A DNA stretch of 63,964 nt, filler included, from Thelocarpon superellum (taxonomy: Eukaryota), in assembly GCA_026025795.1 (NCBI GenBank). It is 5 parts of 5 records of this genome, joined end to end, with 100 filler letters (N's around TTAATTAATTAA, not from the genome) between each part and the next. Parts side by side here need not be neighbours in the genome. Positions count along the whole stretch, not along the records: positions 41,162 to 54,573 come from JAPEUG010000459.1; positions 54,674 to 63,964 come from JAPEUG010000572.1; 3 more parts are not named here. One strand, written 5' to 3'. Shown here piece by piece: positions 49,211 to 61,160 of this stretch (within the stretch, counting starts at the first letter, position 1; each line of letters begins with the position of its first letter). The notes under the pieces are model-generated. The model was not told the DNA's origin. It made no database searches and saw nothing but the letters and a program-made list of their open reading frames with translations. A program made the position numbers and the translations under genes.

Positions 49211-49723
49211 ATGCTCCCGTCCGCCCTTCACCGCTGGCTCACCGTCTCGCTCGCCGCGCTCTTTTCGCTGGCGCGAACGGCGCCGAGCCCCCCGACGGCG
49301 GCACATCAACCAGTCGGCGTGCATGAGCGAGCCTTTCCTCCCTTGGTGTTCCATGCCCCCGGGGCGCTGCACAATCGCGCATCGGCGGCGAGCAGCGCGG
49401 GCGGCTACCTTGTGGCGAACTTTGAGCTCGCATACGCTGACTCGCCCACCTGGTGGTCCTTCATCCACGGCTTCAACTGGGGCACCGACGAGAACGGGTG
49501 CGGGCAGGAGGTCTACCAAGCGCTCAACACCACATGCGGCGTGCTGAGCGATTGGCGCTGCGAGTTTGACCGCGTCACTATCGGCCCCGTCCAGACCCAG
49601 ATGCGTTTATCCTTCTCCCTCAACAAGACGGTGCCGGTGGAGAATGTGACCGCAGGGCTCCTACTGGTATCGGGAGGGCAGCCCGACAATCTGGTCTCCG
49701 CACGCACCTGTGTCCCCCAATGA
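49211..49723 (+). CDS. Small secreted cysteine-containing protein, unknown function (alternative ATG at 49187)
   Basis: Signal-like MLPSALHRWLTVSLAALFSLARTA, a pro-region, 4 Cys and N-glycosylation sequons (NTT, NKT, NVT). TATATAA at about 49012. Confidence 0.75.
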   Translation: MLPSALHRWLTVSLAALFSLARTAPSPPTAAHQPVGVHERAFPPLVFHAPGALHNRASAASSAGGYLVANFELAYADSPTWWSFIHGFNWGTDENGCGQEVYQALNTTCGVLSDWRCEFDRVTIGPVQTQMRLSFSLNKTVPVENVTAGLLLVSGGQPDNLVSARTCVPQ

Positions 49724-50482
49724 TACGAGGCATCTTGACGTGCGCCACGAACTCGCGCACATCCCCAACAATGAGACGCACGATGAGCTGGATTCCATGG
49801 CCACGAGGGCGCGTCGACGGTTCTTTCCAGCACCTGGGTCCCACGGTCCCTCGGTTCCTCGACCCGACGCTCGAAGCCTGCAACGGTGAATGGCGGCGGA
49901 TGGGATTGGGTCGGGATTCGGACTGGGTGCAGCATTTCTTGAGGCCGCTCTACATTGCATGGGGAAACTTGCATGATCCAAAGACTTCCGAAAGCCCGAG
50001 AGCACATGGACGGCGTTCTGAGATGATGGCACTCCATCGCAATCTTACCTCTCAAAGATGGCATGTAATAGACCTTGTGCCCGTAGCTGTATCCTTGTAC
50101 AAGCGCGCGGTAACGAGCTCGAGGACATGACATGCACGTTATTCTCGACGTACGAAAGTACGTCCACGGACCCGGAAGTTTGGGGGGTCGCTTGCAGTGG
50201 CACAGGTAGGGCTGGCGAATCAGCACGGAGGCATCTTGGCGCCGTTTCCTTCACCGTCGGTTCATTCAGGGTCCAGGCCAATCCCAGTTTTGGAGGTGCA
50301 CAAGTACCTGCCAAGGGCACTCGCCCGAGTACCTACGCAAGTGCTCCCGTACGCGAGCCGCGCGGCGTTTACCTCCTTCAGGAACGACGAGACGTATCGA
50401 CCTCAACAGCACTTGGCCCACGTCACAGCGACCCCCCACTCATCGCACGGACAGAGTGCCGGGATAGGTCACCCCAGCCGCC

Positions 50483-51407
50483 ATGGAGTCGGCCGTCCAT
50501 CCCTACCACCCTCTCGGCATCGAGATCGTGGGCTACCTCGCTAACGAATACTCCGTCCCACGCCTCTTGACCCTCTTCGCCGTCGGCTGTGCTGTCATCC
50601 TGGGCGGAACGCTGGGTGTGATGCGACGGGCACATCCGACGCTGGCTGGCACGGAGCAGGCCGCGGTCCTGTGGTTCGTGCTATGTGAGTCTTTCCCCGA
50701 GGGTCACCCCCAACTCTGGGTGCTGACCTTTCGCAGGTGGCATGATCCATTTCTTCTTTGAAGGTACGCTCGGTCTAGGCCCGGAGTGACGCCAAGTCTG
50801 CAACCATTGACCCGGGCAGGATATTTCTCCTGGAACCACGCCACGATGGGTTCGACGCAGCATCTGTTTGACCAGCTGTGGAAGGAATACGCCTTTTCCG
50901 ATTCACGATATCTGACCTCGGATCCTTTCGTGCTGTGCATGGAGACGGTGACGGCGGTAAGCCTCGATGGTTTGGGGTGACATGGGACTCGCTGACGACG
51001 CCCCGTAGATCGCATGGGGTCCCCTCTCCTTCCTCCTCGCGTGGCTCATCACAACCTCGCATCCGCTGCGTCATCCGTTGCAGATCATCGTGTCCCTGGG
51101 TCAGATCTACGGCGACATCCTCTACTACGCCACGTCGATGTTTGATCTATACTACAAAGGATTGAGCTACTGCCGGCCCGAGGCCTACTACTTCTGGGTC
51201 TACTACTTTACCATGAACTTTATCTGGATCGTGATCCCGAGCAGTAAGTGGAGGGTACCCGTGCTGAGCAGCATGATGTGCGAAACTGATCGGCTCCGTC
51301 CAGTCTTGCTGTACAGCAGTGTCACCACGACCGGACGTACCTTTCAGGCTCTGGATAAGGTATCACGGAGCCTGCACGGAAACGGATCGGCGAAGAAAAC
51401 CTCTTAG
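50483..51407 (+). CDS. Emopamil-binding protein family (sterol delta8-delta7 isomerase-like)
   Basis: Five exons (50483-50684, 50737-50763, 50820-50956, 51009-51243, 51304-51407). Motifs HPYHP, WFVLCGMIHFFFEGYF, QLWKEYAFSDSRY, CMETVTA, GQIYGDILYY and MNFIWIVIP. Confidence 0.93.
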
Positions 51408-51581
51408 AAGAACTTCCCAGGGAGGGTTTGCATTTCCACCCAAGCCTCGACCACTCCATCTGAGGCCATTTTGCTCCAAAAGTTCAAAACACGAAGATAC
51501 CCAGCTACCCAGCGTGCGTAGCTAGTCGAATACAAAGACGAGAGAATACGATCGCTAAAGTATCTTCCTTCGTTCCTGCGC

Positions 51582-52578
51582 TCATCTCCGTTCGCCCGGC
51601 ACGTCCTGCGTTCCCCACAAGCCCTCCAAACCCTTCGGCTCCCAGATGAAGAGTGGGCCCGGCTCCTTCATCCCTGGTTCCTCGATCTCGCCGAATTTCC
51701 GGAATCCGTTTTGGAGATAGAGTCCTTGGCCTGTAGAGAGGACATAAGCCAACAGCCACGGCCACGGCGGAACAATCCTTCGAACGCACCCTGCGGTGTA
51801 GCCTCCAGCGTCACAGGCACGCCCTCACTCTGCGCGACGTCCAGTCCCCACCGGAGCAATCTGCCGCCGATCCCGCGCCGCTGAAGGGCCGGCGAGACGG
51901 CCAGAACGCGTAAAAGCCAGTAGGACGACAGGTTGTCGAACCGCGCCGTCATCGAGGCTTCGAATAATCCCATGTTGCTCCGCGACATGCAACAATTCGT
52001 CCCGCTCAGCTTCAGGTATTCTCCTTTCAGGCCGAGTAACGTGCGGTTGATGACTGTGCGTGAGTATGCTTCGTCAGTCATGCTCCATGTGCACATGCAT
52101 CCCGACAAGAAATGCTGATAGGAGAAGTGCGGGAAGACGATGAAGTGGAGTTGACCGCGGGAGTAGAGGAGTGATTGAGTCAATGGGTAGGCGAATGGAT
52201 GAGTGACTGAATGAGTGACGGAGTAAATGGCTGCAACAGAGGCACCAAACGAACAGCGGACGCACAGTCCATCCACCCGCCCGTCCACCACCTCTTCGCG
52301 ACTCCATCATCCCCTCTGCGCTCCCAATTGGTATACGCCACGATCCTGCCCGTGCCATCCCAGTCTGCATCGTCCTCATCCGTCTCCATGACCATGATCA
52401 CGATGCCAGGCGTCGCCATGCGCTCGTGCAAGCGATGCAGAAACACGCCGCGGAAATCCTCGGGATGTTCGACTCCTCCTGGATATAGCCATTGTAAAAG
52501 CCCGTCGTCCTTGAATGCGAGCGCGCCAATGGTCGCTAGAGAGGATAGATCCGCGTGCGTGGCGGGGCGGATGTGCAT
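51582..52578 (-). CDS. GNAT family N-acetyltransferase
   Basis: N-terminus MHIRPATHADL..LA..AF; motif A LAVSPALQRRGIGGRLLRWG; then VTLEATPQ|GQGLY..NGFR. Inferred introns at 52265-52054 and about 51789-51731. Confidence 0.88.
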
Positions 52579-53282
52579 TTCGGGGAATTGGCACAACTGC
52601 GACCAGGATGTTAGTTGTGTCAATGCCTCGGTAAGGTGTGGTGAGCAGGTGGTTCGGTGGGACTTGTATTCTCCAGAGTAAAGAGAAATGGAAGAGTGAG
52701 TTGAATTCTGGGAGTGTTGATGTGTCCCGTCCTGCTTCTGATATGAGGCGAGCTTCGTTTGTGACTCACACGCGGACGCGGGCTCATAGAGCTTGAGCTC
52801 TGGTGGGGTAGGAGGAATGCATGCGTGCCTCGACTACGACGGATGACTTGTGAAATCGTTTCTCCGGCAATGCTCGTATTTCCGCCTTGGCCTCGCCATC
52901 ACGACAGCATCACGACGTTCTAATTAACCCGATCGATTCGAATTGATGAATGATGTCAATGTGACGATGCAGTGTAGACTATCCTATTGAATGTTCCATG
53001 ATCTTCACCACGCACGATGTCATTACCATTTGTACTCCCGCTTGCGTTTGTGGTGATGATCAGACGCAGTCCGTATGGCTCCTTCCTCTCCCAGCTCCTC
53101 GTCCGGCCGACTTCAAGAGCCACCATGCCACACAGGGTGAATCATCAGTCGTATCCATGGTCATTGATCCTGCCCTCACCCTATGCGAAGTATCCCAAGC
53201 CGCCTGCAAAGCGCACTTCCGCACCGCATCACCGTCCTTCCTATCCTCCTCGTTCTTCCTCCTCCCGTCACGAAACGTCAAC

Positions 53283-54573
53283 ATGTCACTCGCATGGGAA
53301 AGGTCGCTCGAGCATGAGCTTCGTCGCGAATCACAATACATTCGCAACATCCTAGCCCCGGTGGTGTGCCAGTATGGAGGGAAAGCATTCTCCGGGGACA
53401 CTCTGATCCTGCTCATGACCTTCCTGGAACGACTAGAACAAACGACGGTCAGTCTCGACGTGATTCGCCGGTCACGCATCGAAAAGGCCCTCTTCGAGAT
53501 CACGGACGAAGGTTCGGGGTGGCCGGTGTCGCTCATGGAGTTGGCGGCACGCATCCTCAAGACCTGGAACATTCGCATGGGCGACCTGCGCGATCTGCGC
53601 GCCCCGCTGTGGGACAAGGACATGCGCATGGCGCGTTGTCGCAAGGAATGGACCTTGGCGAGGGTACAGACGATGCAGTACGGTCACGACAGCCGAGTCG
53701 AGGTGGTGAAACAGAGCGAGTGGGTGGTCGAGCATCCGGCGGCGCCCGCGATGCAGTGTCACGGTCACCGGGGCTTTGAAGTGGGAGAGTAAGCGACGCA
53801 ACCTGATGGCTCACGTACGGGCACTGGCTCATCGCTCGTAGTTGGTGGATCGAGCCCGCCTGTGCCTACCGCGACGGCATGCTCGATGAGGCCAACAGCC
53901 ACGTGGCCGTCGGCATCTATGGAGCGTATGCCATCGTCATGGCCAAAGGCGAGGAGACGGAGACGGACAACGACACGGTCAAGTGGAAGTGCACCGGCAA
54001 ATGCATCAAGCCGTCGTCGACAGGTGCCGGCGTCTTGAGCCTCATGTCCAACATGCGCAACCATACCCACGTACGCCTGCTGCGGTCTTGGAAGTTGAAG
54101 TCCAGGTGGGCGCCACGAGGCGGGGTCCGATATGACGGCCTGTACGATTGGCACACGCTGCAATGACACGGCACCGGCTGACGTGGGCAGGTATTCCGTC
54201 ATCGGGATCGGCGTCAAGAAGACGGACGGCATCACGCACTTCACCTTCGAGCTGACCCGAGCGGGCGATCAACCGGGCATGGCCCGGGCTCAGCTTCATC
54301 CCAACGCCGACGAATACGATGACTGGACGGATTACGTCAAGTATAAGGCCGAGAGCAAGGAAGCCAACGCGCTCGCGCTCTTGAATCAGACCGACGGAGA
54401 GATGGATGCCGATGGGGGCGAGAATGAGGATGAGAGCGAGAGTGAAAATGAAGCCGAGGGCGATGGCGATGGTGAATATGAGTGGCTGAGGTCGGATGGT
54501 TCATCCGACGGCGTGTCACCTCGCACGAGTCGAGTGCCCTCAGGTCCACCGTCACGTCCACCGTCACGTCCAC
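53283..54573 (+). CDS. SRA-YDG domain protein with N-terminal helical (TFIIS-N-like) region; 3' end truncated at the contig end
   Basis: Introns at 53789-53841 and 54142-54190. Spliced SRA motifs GHRGFEVGDWW, GAYAIVM, VRLLRSWKLKSRWAPRGGVRYDGLYSV and FELTRAGDQ, followed by an acidic tail. Confidence 0.82.
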
Positions 54574-54673
54574 NNNNNNNNNNNNNNNNNNNNNNNNNNN
54601 NNNNNNNNNNNNNNNNNTTAATTAATTAANNNNNNNNNNNNNNNNNNNNNNNNNNNNNNNNNNNNNNNNNNNN
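54574..54673. other. Artificial contig spacer
   Basis: N44-TTAATTAATTAA-N44. Confidence 0.99.
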
Positions 54674-55265
54674 ATGCCGGGCTGGTAGTTGCGAATCTCA
54701 CTGCTCAGGGCGTACGCGGCTTTCTTCCGTACGCCCGCATCGGCGTCCTCTAAGGCCACGCGGACCAGGGTCGGGATGCCCCCAATCTTCAGCACGCTTT
54801 CCTGCGCCGGAGCGTTGTTCTGCGTCGCCGTGCCGATGCACCACGCGGCAAAGAAACGAAGCTGGGACTCCGGTGACTGTAGCTGCGCAAAGAGCGGATC
54901 CCACAGATTCAGGGTGGCGAGAAGATTTGCATTGTCCAACGATTCGATGAGCTGCTCGAAGTTGTCAAAGGCCGTGAGCTTGTCTTCAAGGCTGTCGCTA
55001 GGTGAGACGATAGTCGCCATGGACGCCTTCATGAGTTCCGCGTCCGAAGGGCCGCCCATGATCTTGGCCAGGAGCTCGGCATTCTGCATCACGTCCGTTA
55101 GGCATCCATCTTCGCTCGAGGGGACGGAAACGAGCATGGGACACGTACGAGGCCCCGGCTGGACGGCTGCCCATCCCCGCCGTTCGTCCCTCCTTGATCG
55201 CCATTCCGTGCGGGTACCGAATTCTCAATGCCCCACTTCAGGAGCTGGTTCAGGCCCGGATCCAT
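54674..55265 (-). CDS. FES1: Hsp70 nucleotide exchange factor Fes1 (3' truncated at the contig edge)
   Basis: N-terminus MDPGLNQLLKWGIENS; intron 55148-55084. Motifs GGPSDAELMK, AFDNFEQLIESLDNAN, AAWCIGTATQNN and KKAAYALSSEIRNY. Confidence 0.93.
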
Positions 55266-56259
55266 GGTGTCGGTAGGGAACGAAGGTCACCGAGAGTGAC
55301 AAAGTGATCAAGGTGCGACTACGTGTATCCCATGCATTCGTACATCATTCTCGTGTATTCTACACCTGACCATGAAATTCGTTGTATGTTCCCCGTGCCC
55401 CGCGTACATCCTAGCATTCTGTCGTTGAGCGCCAAGACTCGTCCCAAGGTCAAACTTACGTCCACCCGATGGCAGCTCGTTAGCCCGCAAGCCACACCAA
55501 TTCTGCGACCAGGATTCCAGGTCGAGACGCGCAAGCTCGAGGTGCACCATCCAGGTAGCCCTTTTGACACAACCCTGGTGAATGTATTGTGTGGCACCTC
55601 CATCTGGCCCTTCTCCAATCGCTTGGAGCTCGTCGCATGACAAGGGTGGTCGGCGCCAAGAGAAGAATTCGTCTGCCTGTGGTGAGGGGACTGCCGGCGA
55701 TTGCGTCGGCCGTCGGACAATCTTCGAAGCAGCAGCCCAGCCAAGGATTTAGCCATCGCTCGCTTAGTGGTCACCTAATGCTCGACCAGGCCCGCACCCT
55801 CGCCCTCGCCCTCGCCCTTGTACATGCCCTCGCCCAGGCCCACGCTGTTAGTACGAGTACTGGTACGTTCCCGGCTCGACCAAGCCCTGCCCCGCCATCG
55901 ACTCGCCAAGAAACGACCCAAATGTAGCAACTTTCGAGGGCGAGTAAATTAGGAGCAGTCTCTCGCTTCGCACAGAGAAAGGTTGTCCCTCCCTCTCGTC
56001 GCTCGTCCCACTAGACCGATAGACCCCAGCCATCCGTCATCCCTCCCTTTCCTCCCACGGTCACTCCACTGCTGTCTCTTGCTCGTCTGCATCTTCTCTT
56101 TCCTCCCCTCCGCCATTTCGAAATCGTCAGTCCGTCGGTTTCGTGCTCGCCATCGTCCTGCTCACGGCCGTTGGAGACGCATCTGACCCGTGGTACCTTA
56201 TCGCCCTCCCACCATCCTCCACCCCACAGATCTCGGAAGGCCAACCCTAGTCGCCCATA

Positions 56260-57834
56260 ATGGAAGGTTAGCTCGTTCCACCACACCGTGACGCTGCCAC
56301 GAGGGGCTCATGGGTCGCTGACGGTGCGGGATGCGTGTAGAAGAAGTCGCCGCCCTCGTCATCGACAATGGGTGAGCGATGCCAGCCTCCGCTCATGCTC
56401 ACCCGGAGCGGATGAGACGCGACCGTCGTCGTGGTCACGCAGTCTCATCCCCCATCGAGCGAGTGAGCCATCTTAAAGGTCCCGCTGATGCCTGGTCTAG
56501 TTCGGGTATGTGCAAGGCCGGGTTTGCCGGTGACGATGCTCCCAGAGCGGTTTTCCGTAAGTCATCCCACCACACTTTGCCAGAGATGGACTCTCTCGTG
56601 CGCGACGTTGCTGGGAGCTTGGGAGCTCGGAACCTGACGATTCTGGCCGTTCGACAGCGTCTATCGTCGGTCGTCCTCGTCATCATGGGTGAGTTGCGGT
56701 TGTCGCTGCCCCAGCCCACCAGCGCATTGGCGGCCGTGGGGCGAGACTGATGTGCCGTAGCATCATGATTGGTATGGGCCAGAAGGACTCCTATGTGGGT
56801 GATGAGGCGCAGTCGAAGCGTGGTATCCTGACGCTCCGATACCCCATCGAGCACGGTGTTGTGACCAACTGGGACGACATGGAGAAGATCTGGCATCACA
56901 CCTTTTACAACGAGCTCCGTGTCGCGCCCGAGGAGCACCCGGTCCTGCTCACCGAGGCCCCCATCAACCCCAAGTCCAATCGGGAGAAGATGACGCAGAT
57001 CGTCTTTGAGACCTTCAACGCCCCGGCCTTTTACGTGTCCATCCAGGCCGTGCTCTCGCTGTACGCCTCGGGTCGTACGACGGGTATCGTGCTGGACTCG
57101 GGTGATGGTGTCACCCACGTCGTGCCCATCTACGAGGGTTTCGCGCTGCCCCACGCCATCTCCCGTGTCGACATGGCCGGGCGCGACCTGACGGACTATC
57201 TCATGAAGATCCTGGCCGAGCGTGGCTACACCTTCTCCACCACGGCGGAGCGTGAAATCGTGCGCGACATCAAGGAGAAGCTCTGCTACGTCGCCCTCGA
57301 CTTCGAGCAGGAGATCCAGACGGCCAGCCAGAGCTCGAGCCTGGAAAAGTCCTACGAGCTGCCCGACGGTCAGGTCATCACCATCGGCAACGAGCGCTTC
57401 CGCGCCCCCGAGGCCCTCTTCCAGCCGAGCGTGCTGGGTCTCGAGAGCGGTGGCATCCACGTGACCACGTTCAACTCCATCATGAAGTGCGACGTCGACG
57501 TGCGAAAGGATTTGTACGGCAACATCGTCATGGTAAGTGCACCCCTTCGCTTCTTCGTCCCTGCTCGGTTGGCGTAACGAAGGTGGACCTAACACCCTAC
57601 CAGTCTGGTGGCACGACCATGTACCCCGGCATCTCCGATCGGATGCAGAAGGAGATCACGGCCCTCGCCCCCTCGTCGATGAAGGTCAAGATCATCGCGC
57701 CGCCCGAGCGTAAGTACTCGGTGTGGATCGGTGGGTCCATCCTGGCGTCCCTGTCGACGTTCCAGCAAATGTGGATCTCCAAGCAGGAGTACGATGAGAG
57801 CGGCCCATCGATTGTGCACCGCAAGTGCTTCTAA
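56260..57834 (+). CDS. ACT1: Actin
   Basis: Six exons (56260-56266, 56341-56371, 56501-56556, 56658-56688, 56761-57532, 57604-57834) giving [42 protein letters not shown]...[11 protein letters not shown]. Confidence 0.99.
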
Positions 57835-58383
57835 GCGCCACGTGGCGCGGCCTCGATCTAGGCATGGACAGATGGAAGATGGCGGGCGACGGACGGTGGA
57901 TGATGGATGGGGAAAGCGAGTAGCGAAATTGATGACGATGATGATGGTGCAGCGGTGTAGTCGGGACCATGGAGCGGGGATGTAGCTATGGTCGGGCTTG
58001 GCTGCGGCGATGACTGGCGAGGCCTGTTCCTTTCTTTCGTGTAGGCGCCTGCTTGTCTCCAGCGCCGGTAGATGAAGTGCACGCTGCCATGACAGCAATG
58101 ACGATGATTAGCTGTGCGCATCAGCTTGTTCGTACAGGCGAGATCATGCACCGTGTCGTGAGGTGAATGGGATGAGGGGTATCAACTGTCTGAATGGTGG
58201 GGTAAGGGGTGGCTGAGAGCTTCATCATCACGACGCGAGATCCACGCCTTGGTACCGAGGAACCTAGGTCAGACGCGCCAACGCGTCGCCCTGAAGGCTT
58301 CTCAGCACCTTGTCTTGTTCCTCGATCACGGGTCAGCTCGACAACTCCGTGATGCCAAAGTGTTACGCGTGACGTCCTTCTTC

Positions 58384-60773
58384 ATGGCACTCGTCGAGGG
58401 GGCAGAGGAGCCGGGGCAGCCAGGTGGGAGAAGTGCCCCTCATGGTGGGGTAATGGGCGAACAGAAGCTGACCATCGCTCCGCTCATTAAGGACTGACCC
58501 AGGCCTTGACTGACCTGATCAATGGTACGGACGCACCTGAGATGTTTGATCTGTCGGTACGCGGCCGCTGAACATCATCTCAGTGTCACAGACGCCAGCC
58601 CGGCAACGGACGACGTCGGGGGCCGACCCGGTCGATGAGGTGTGCAGCGATGGCTATCAACATGGCCTGCAAGACGAGGCCTTGAACGCGCTGATTGACG
58701 TGGTCACGCGGCCCAACACGCTGAGCCAGGCCGGCCTCGCCAAACTCGTCCGCCACCTCTATCCCGCCGGGCAGGTGAGCGACGAGGTGGTGTTCAAGGT
58801 GGTGGGCTGTCTGGGCCTGGGCGTCGACAAGCCCGCTCCTCCGGTGCAGGCCGCCTTGTTGCGGTGGCTCATCCTCGTCTACGATGTGCTCGCCGACCCC
58901 TCCCTCCTGTCCCGCGTCTACGCCGTGCTCTTCAATGGGTTGGACACGTTGAGCCTCTGTGCGCCGCTGTGCCATCTCTTGGCCCTCGTCACACGACGGA
59001 AGCATGTGCGGCCCTACCGTATCCAGGCCTTGCTCGAGCTTCGACGGAAGATGGGTCGTGAGCCTCATCTGCTGGGTCTCATCCGCGTCTACAAGGACTA
59101 CTATCCGGATATCATCGTGGGAGAGACGGCGGCGGGCAAAGCCTCATGTTTCTCGCATCCGAACCCGGAATGGCGTGACCGCTTAGTGGCCATCCAGGAG
59201 GCCCAGGCCTCATCCCTCCCCGATCACGAACGAACCCAGGGCGCATTCAAAGTCGCGCGACGTGGTGCAAAGCGAAGCAAGGTGGCCGTGATTCCCGACG
59301 TCCACACGTCGCGCGCGAACGAGGTAAGGCGGGATGTCACCCGGTGTCTATCATCATCTCACCTGGGACGCAGAAATCCGTCACGCTGGAGGAAGTGGAG
59401 AACGTGGACAACTTTATCGAAAAACTTGACCTGGTGGAGCTGCCAAATCAGGCCATCTCGGTCCTCCATGATCCCCTCCTGCAGAAGCTGCTGACGCTCC
59501 GACCGTCGGACGTGGCCACACAGCGGCTCGAACGATGGCTCTCTTCGTTTTTCGAGGAGGAGCTTCAAGCGGCGGAGTCCGAGGACCGAGATGCCTCTCC
59601 CCTCCAGTCGATTCTACGGGGTGTGCTCGATTACACTCGCTATACCAAGGTGCGTGCCGGTCCTGCACCGCCGATAGCCTGGGCTCATGATGCCAGACCC
59701 TTCCACCTGCCTGTGGTCGCTTCCTCCAGGCTTATCTGGGGACATGGAATGGATATGATCACCGTGGGCTCATCATGGACTTGGCGACCTATGTTCCCAT
59801 GGCATCCTTTGAGGGTACGTGGGCCGAGATCCTGGACGTGCAGGGCTGATCCAGGCCAGAATTGCTGGCCGCCTTCTTCCAGCCCATCGAGGTTGCCATC
59901 CTCACGGAACATGTAGCCTCGAAGGTGGCACTACTGGAATACTACACGACCGTCTTAGGCCATTGGACCGTTTGTCTTCTGGCTTCGCCCATGCCTCCGC
60001 GGTCGTTGCTCACCACGTCGGCCATGACCTCATACGACAGTGTCATCAGGCGCGCTGATACCCTCTGCCTGACCATTCTCGAAGGCACGTGGGCCCCACC
60101 TTTGACCGTGATCTCACCCATCTTGAGCTTCTACGAGGTCGTGGTGGACGCCGTGGCCCACAGCCGATATGATGGACGGCTCCGGATCAATATCCCGTCG
60201 GCGCTGCTGACTTATCGTCTCTGCTTCACCACCTCGCTCAGCTGCATGTCTCGTCTCTGTGCAATCTTGGCCAAGTACAAGCGCGCCTTCGACGACACAG
60301 CGAAAACGGAGCACAAGGAGGTGGCCTACCCACGCGAGACGCTGACGCATTTCAATGGATACCTGCTGGACGTGTGCAACTGCATCTGGCGCAATCGTGC
60401 CTTCAACCGCGACGACCTGGGCGCGATGGGGTGCCTCGTGCCGGACGCCAGCTTGCCACGGCTCCGCGCCTACGTCGATGGTCTGGGCTACGTGCTCCCG
60501 ACGATCCTTGGTCTCAGCTACTCCCCCATCTTCTGCGCGCTCTCCATCACCTGCTTCCGCGAGCTCGAGGATGCGGCGGCCGATGACATCTCGATCCGGC
60601 ACGCGGGGCCCTTGACTCAGCACAGTCTTGCCCGGCTCAAGGAGGACGATGGGCTGGACGTGCGCTGGGCCGACTATCGGCGCGCGGTACTCCGGTGGCT
60701 GGAGGCACGAGGGGTGCGAGGCGTGAGCAATCTGCTCTACATCACGATGAAGGACCTGATGCCGTCCAAGTAA
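58384..60773 (+). CDS. MIS6: Inner kinetochore protein Mis6/CENP-I (Ctf3) family, multi-exon
   Basis: Motifs LVRHLYP, VVGCLGLG..KP...QAALLRWLI.VY, LCHLLALVTRRKHVRPYRIQ, LI.VYKDYYPDII, IEKLDLVELPNQ and FNGYLLDVCNCIWRNRAF. The two short 5' exons (start 58384) are inferred. Confidence 0.85.
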
Positions 60774-61160
60774 GTCGGGGCTGGCACATGACGAGACATG
60801 CCTGCCCGGACGATACCCGTTTGCTCTTTCCTGGCTAGGATTTCCGGGAGTAAAGGGGCTGTGAAGGGGCATGGTGGGTGCGTAGACGTTGATACTGGTA
60901 CTCGTAAATGCAAAGACGCAGGGTGGTTGGGGGCGGGGGGGGAAGGGGGGGGTGACCTGGGACTGTTGCCGAGGGGTGCACGGACCAAGTTGCCGAGCAC
61001 AGAGAGGGAAGATGGAAGATGGAAGATTGGACGTTGCACCTGAGGCAATGTCGATCAGTCAAGCTCACCACCACGGCACCACGGCACCACGGCACTACGA
61101 CATTACGAGAGTACCGCGCGATTGTGCGAGCTTGTCGGATGCTTGTCGTGCGAGGTCGCC

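Noticed and set aside
6079..55265. Apparent proteostasis cluster (UBP2, PA-RING, HRD1, HSP104, FES1)
   Set aside because: Each gene lies on a different contig joined by artificial spacers, so there is no evidence of linkage.
56435..57595. 386-aa antisense ORF over actin (similarly 46559-47662, 39242-40213 and 42559-43354)
   Set aside because: These are shadow ORFs caused by high GC3 codon bias of the sense genes.
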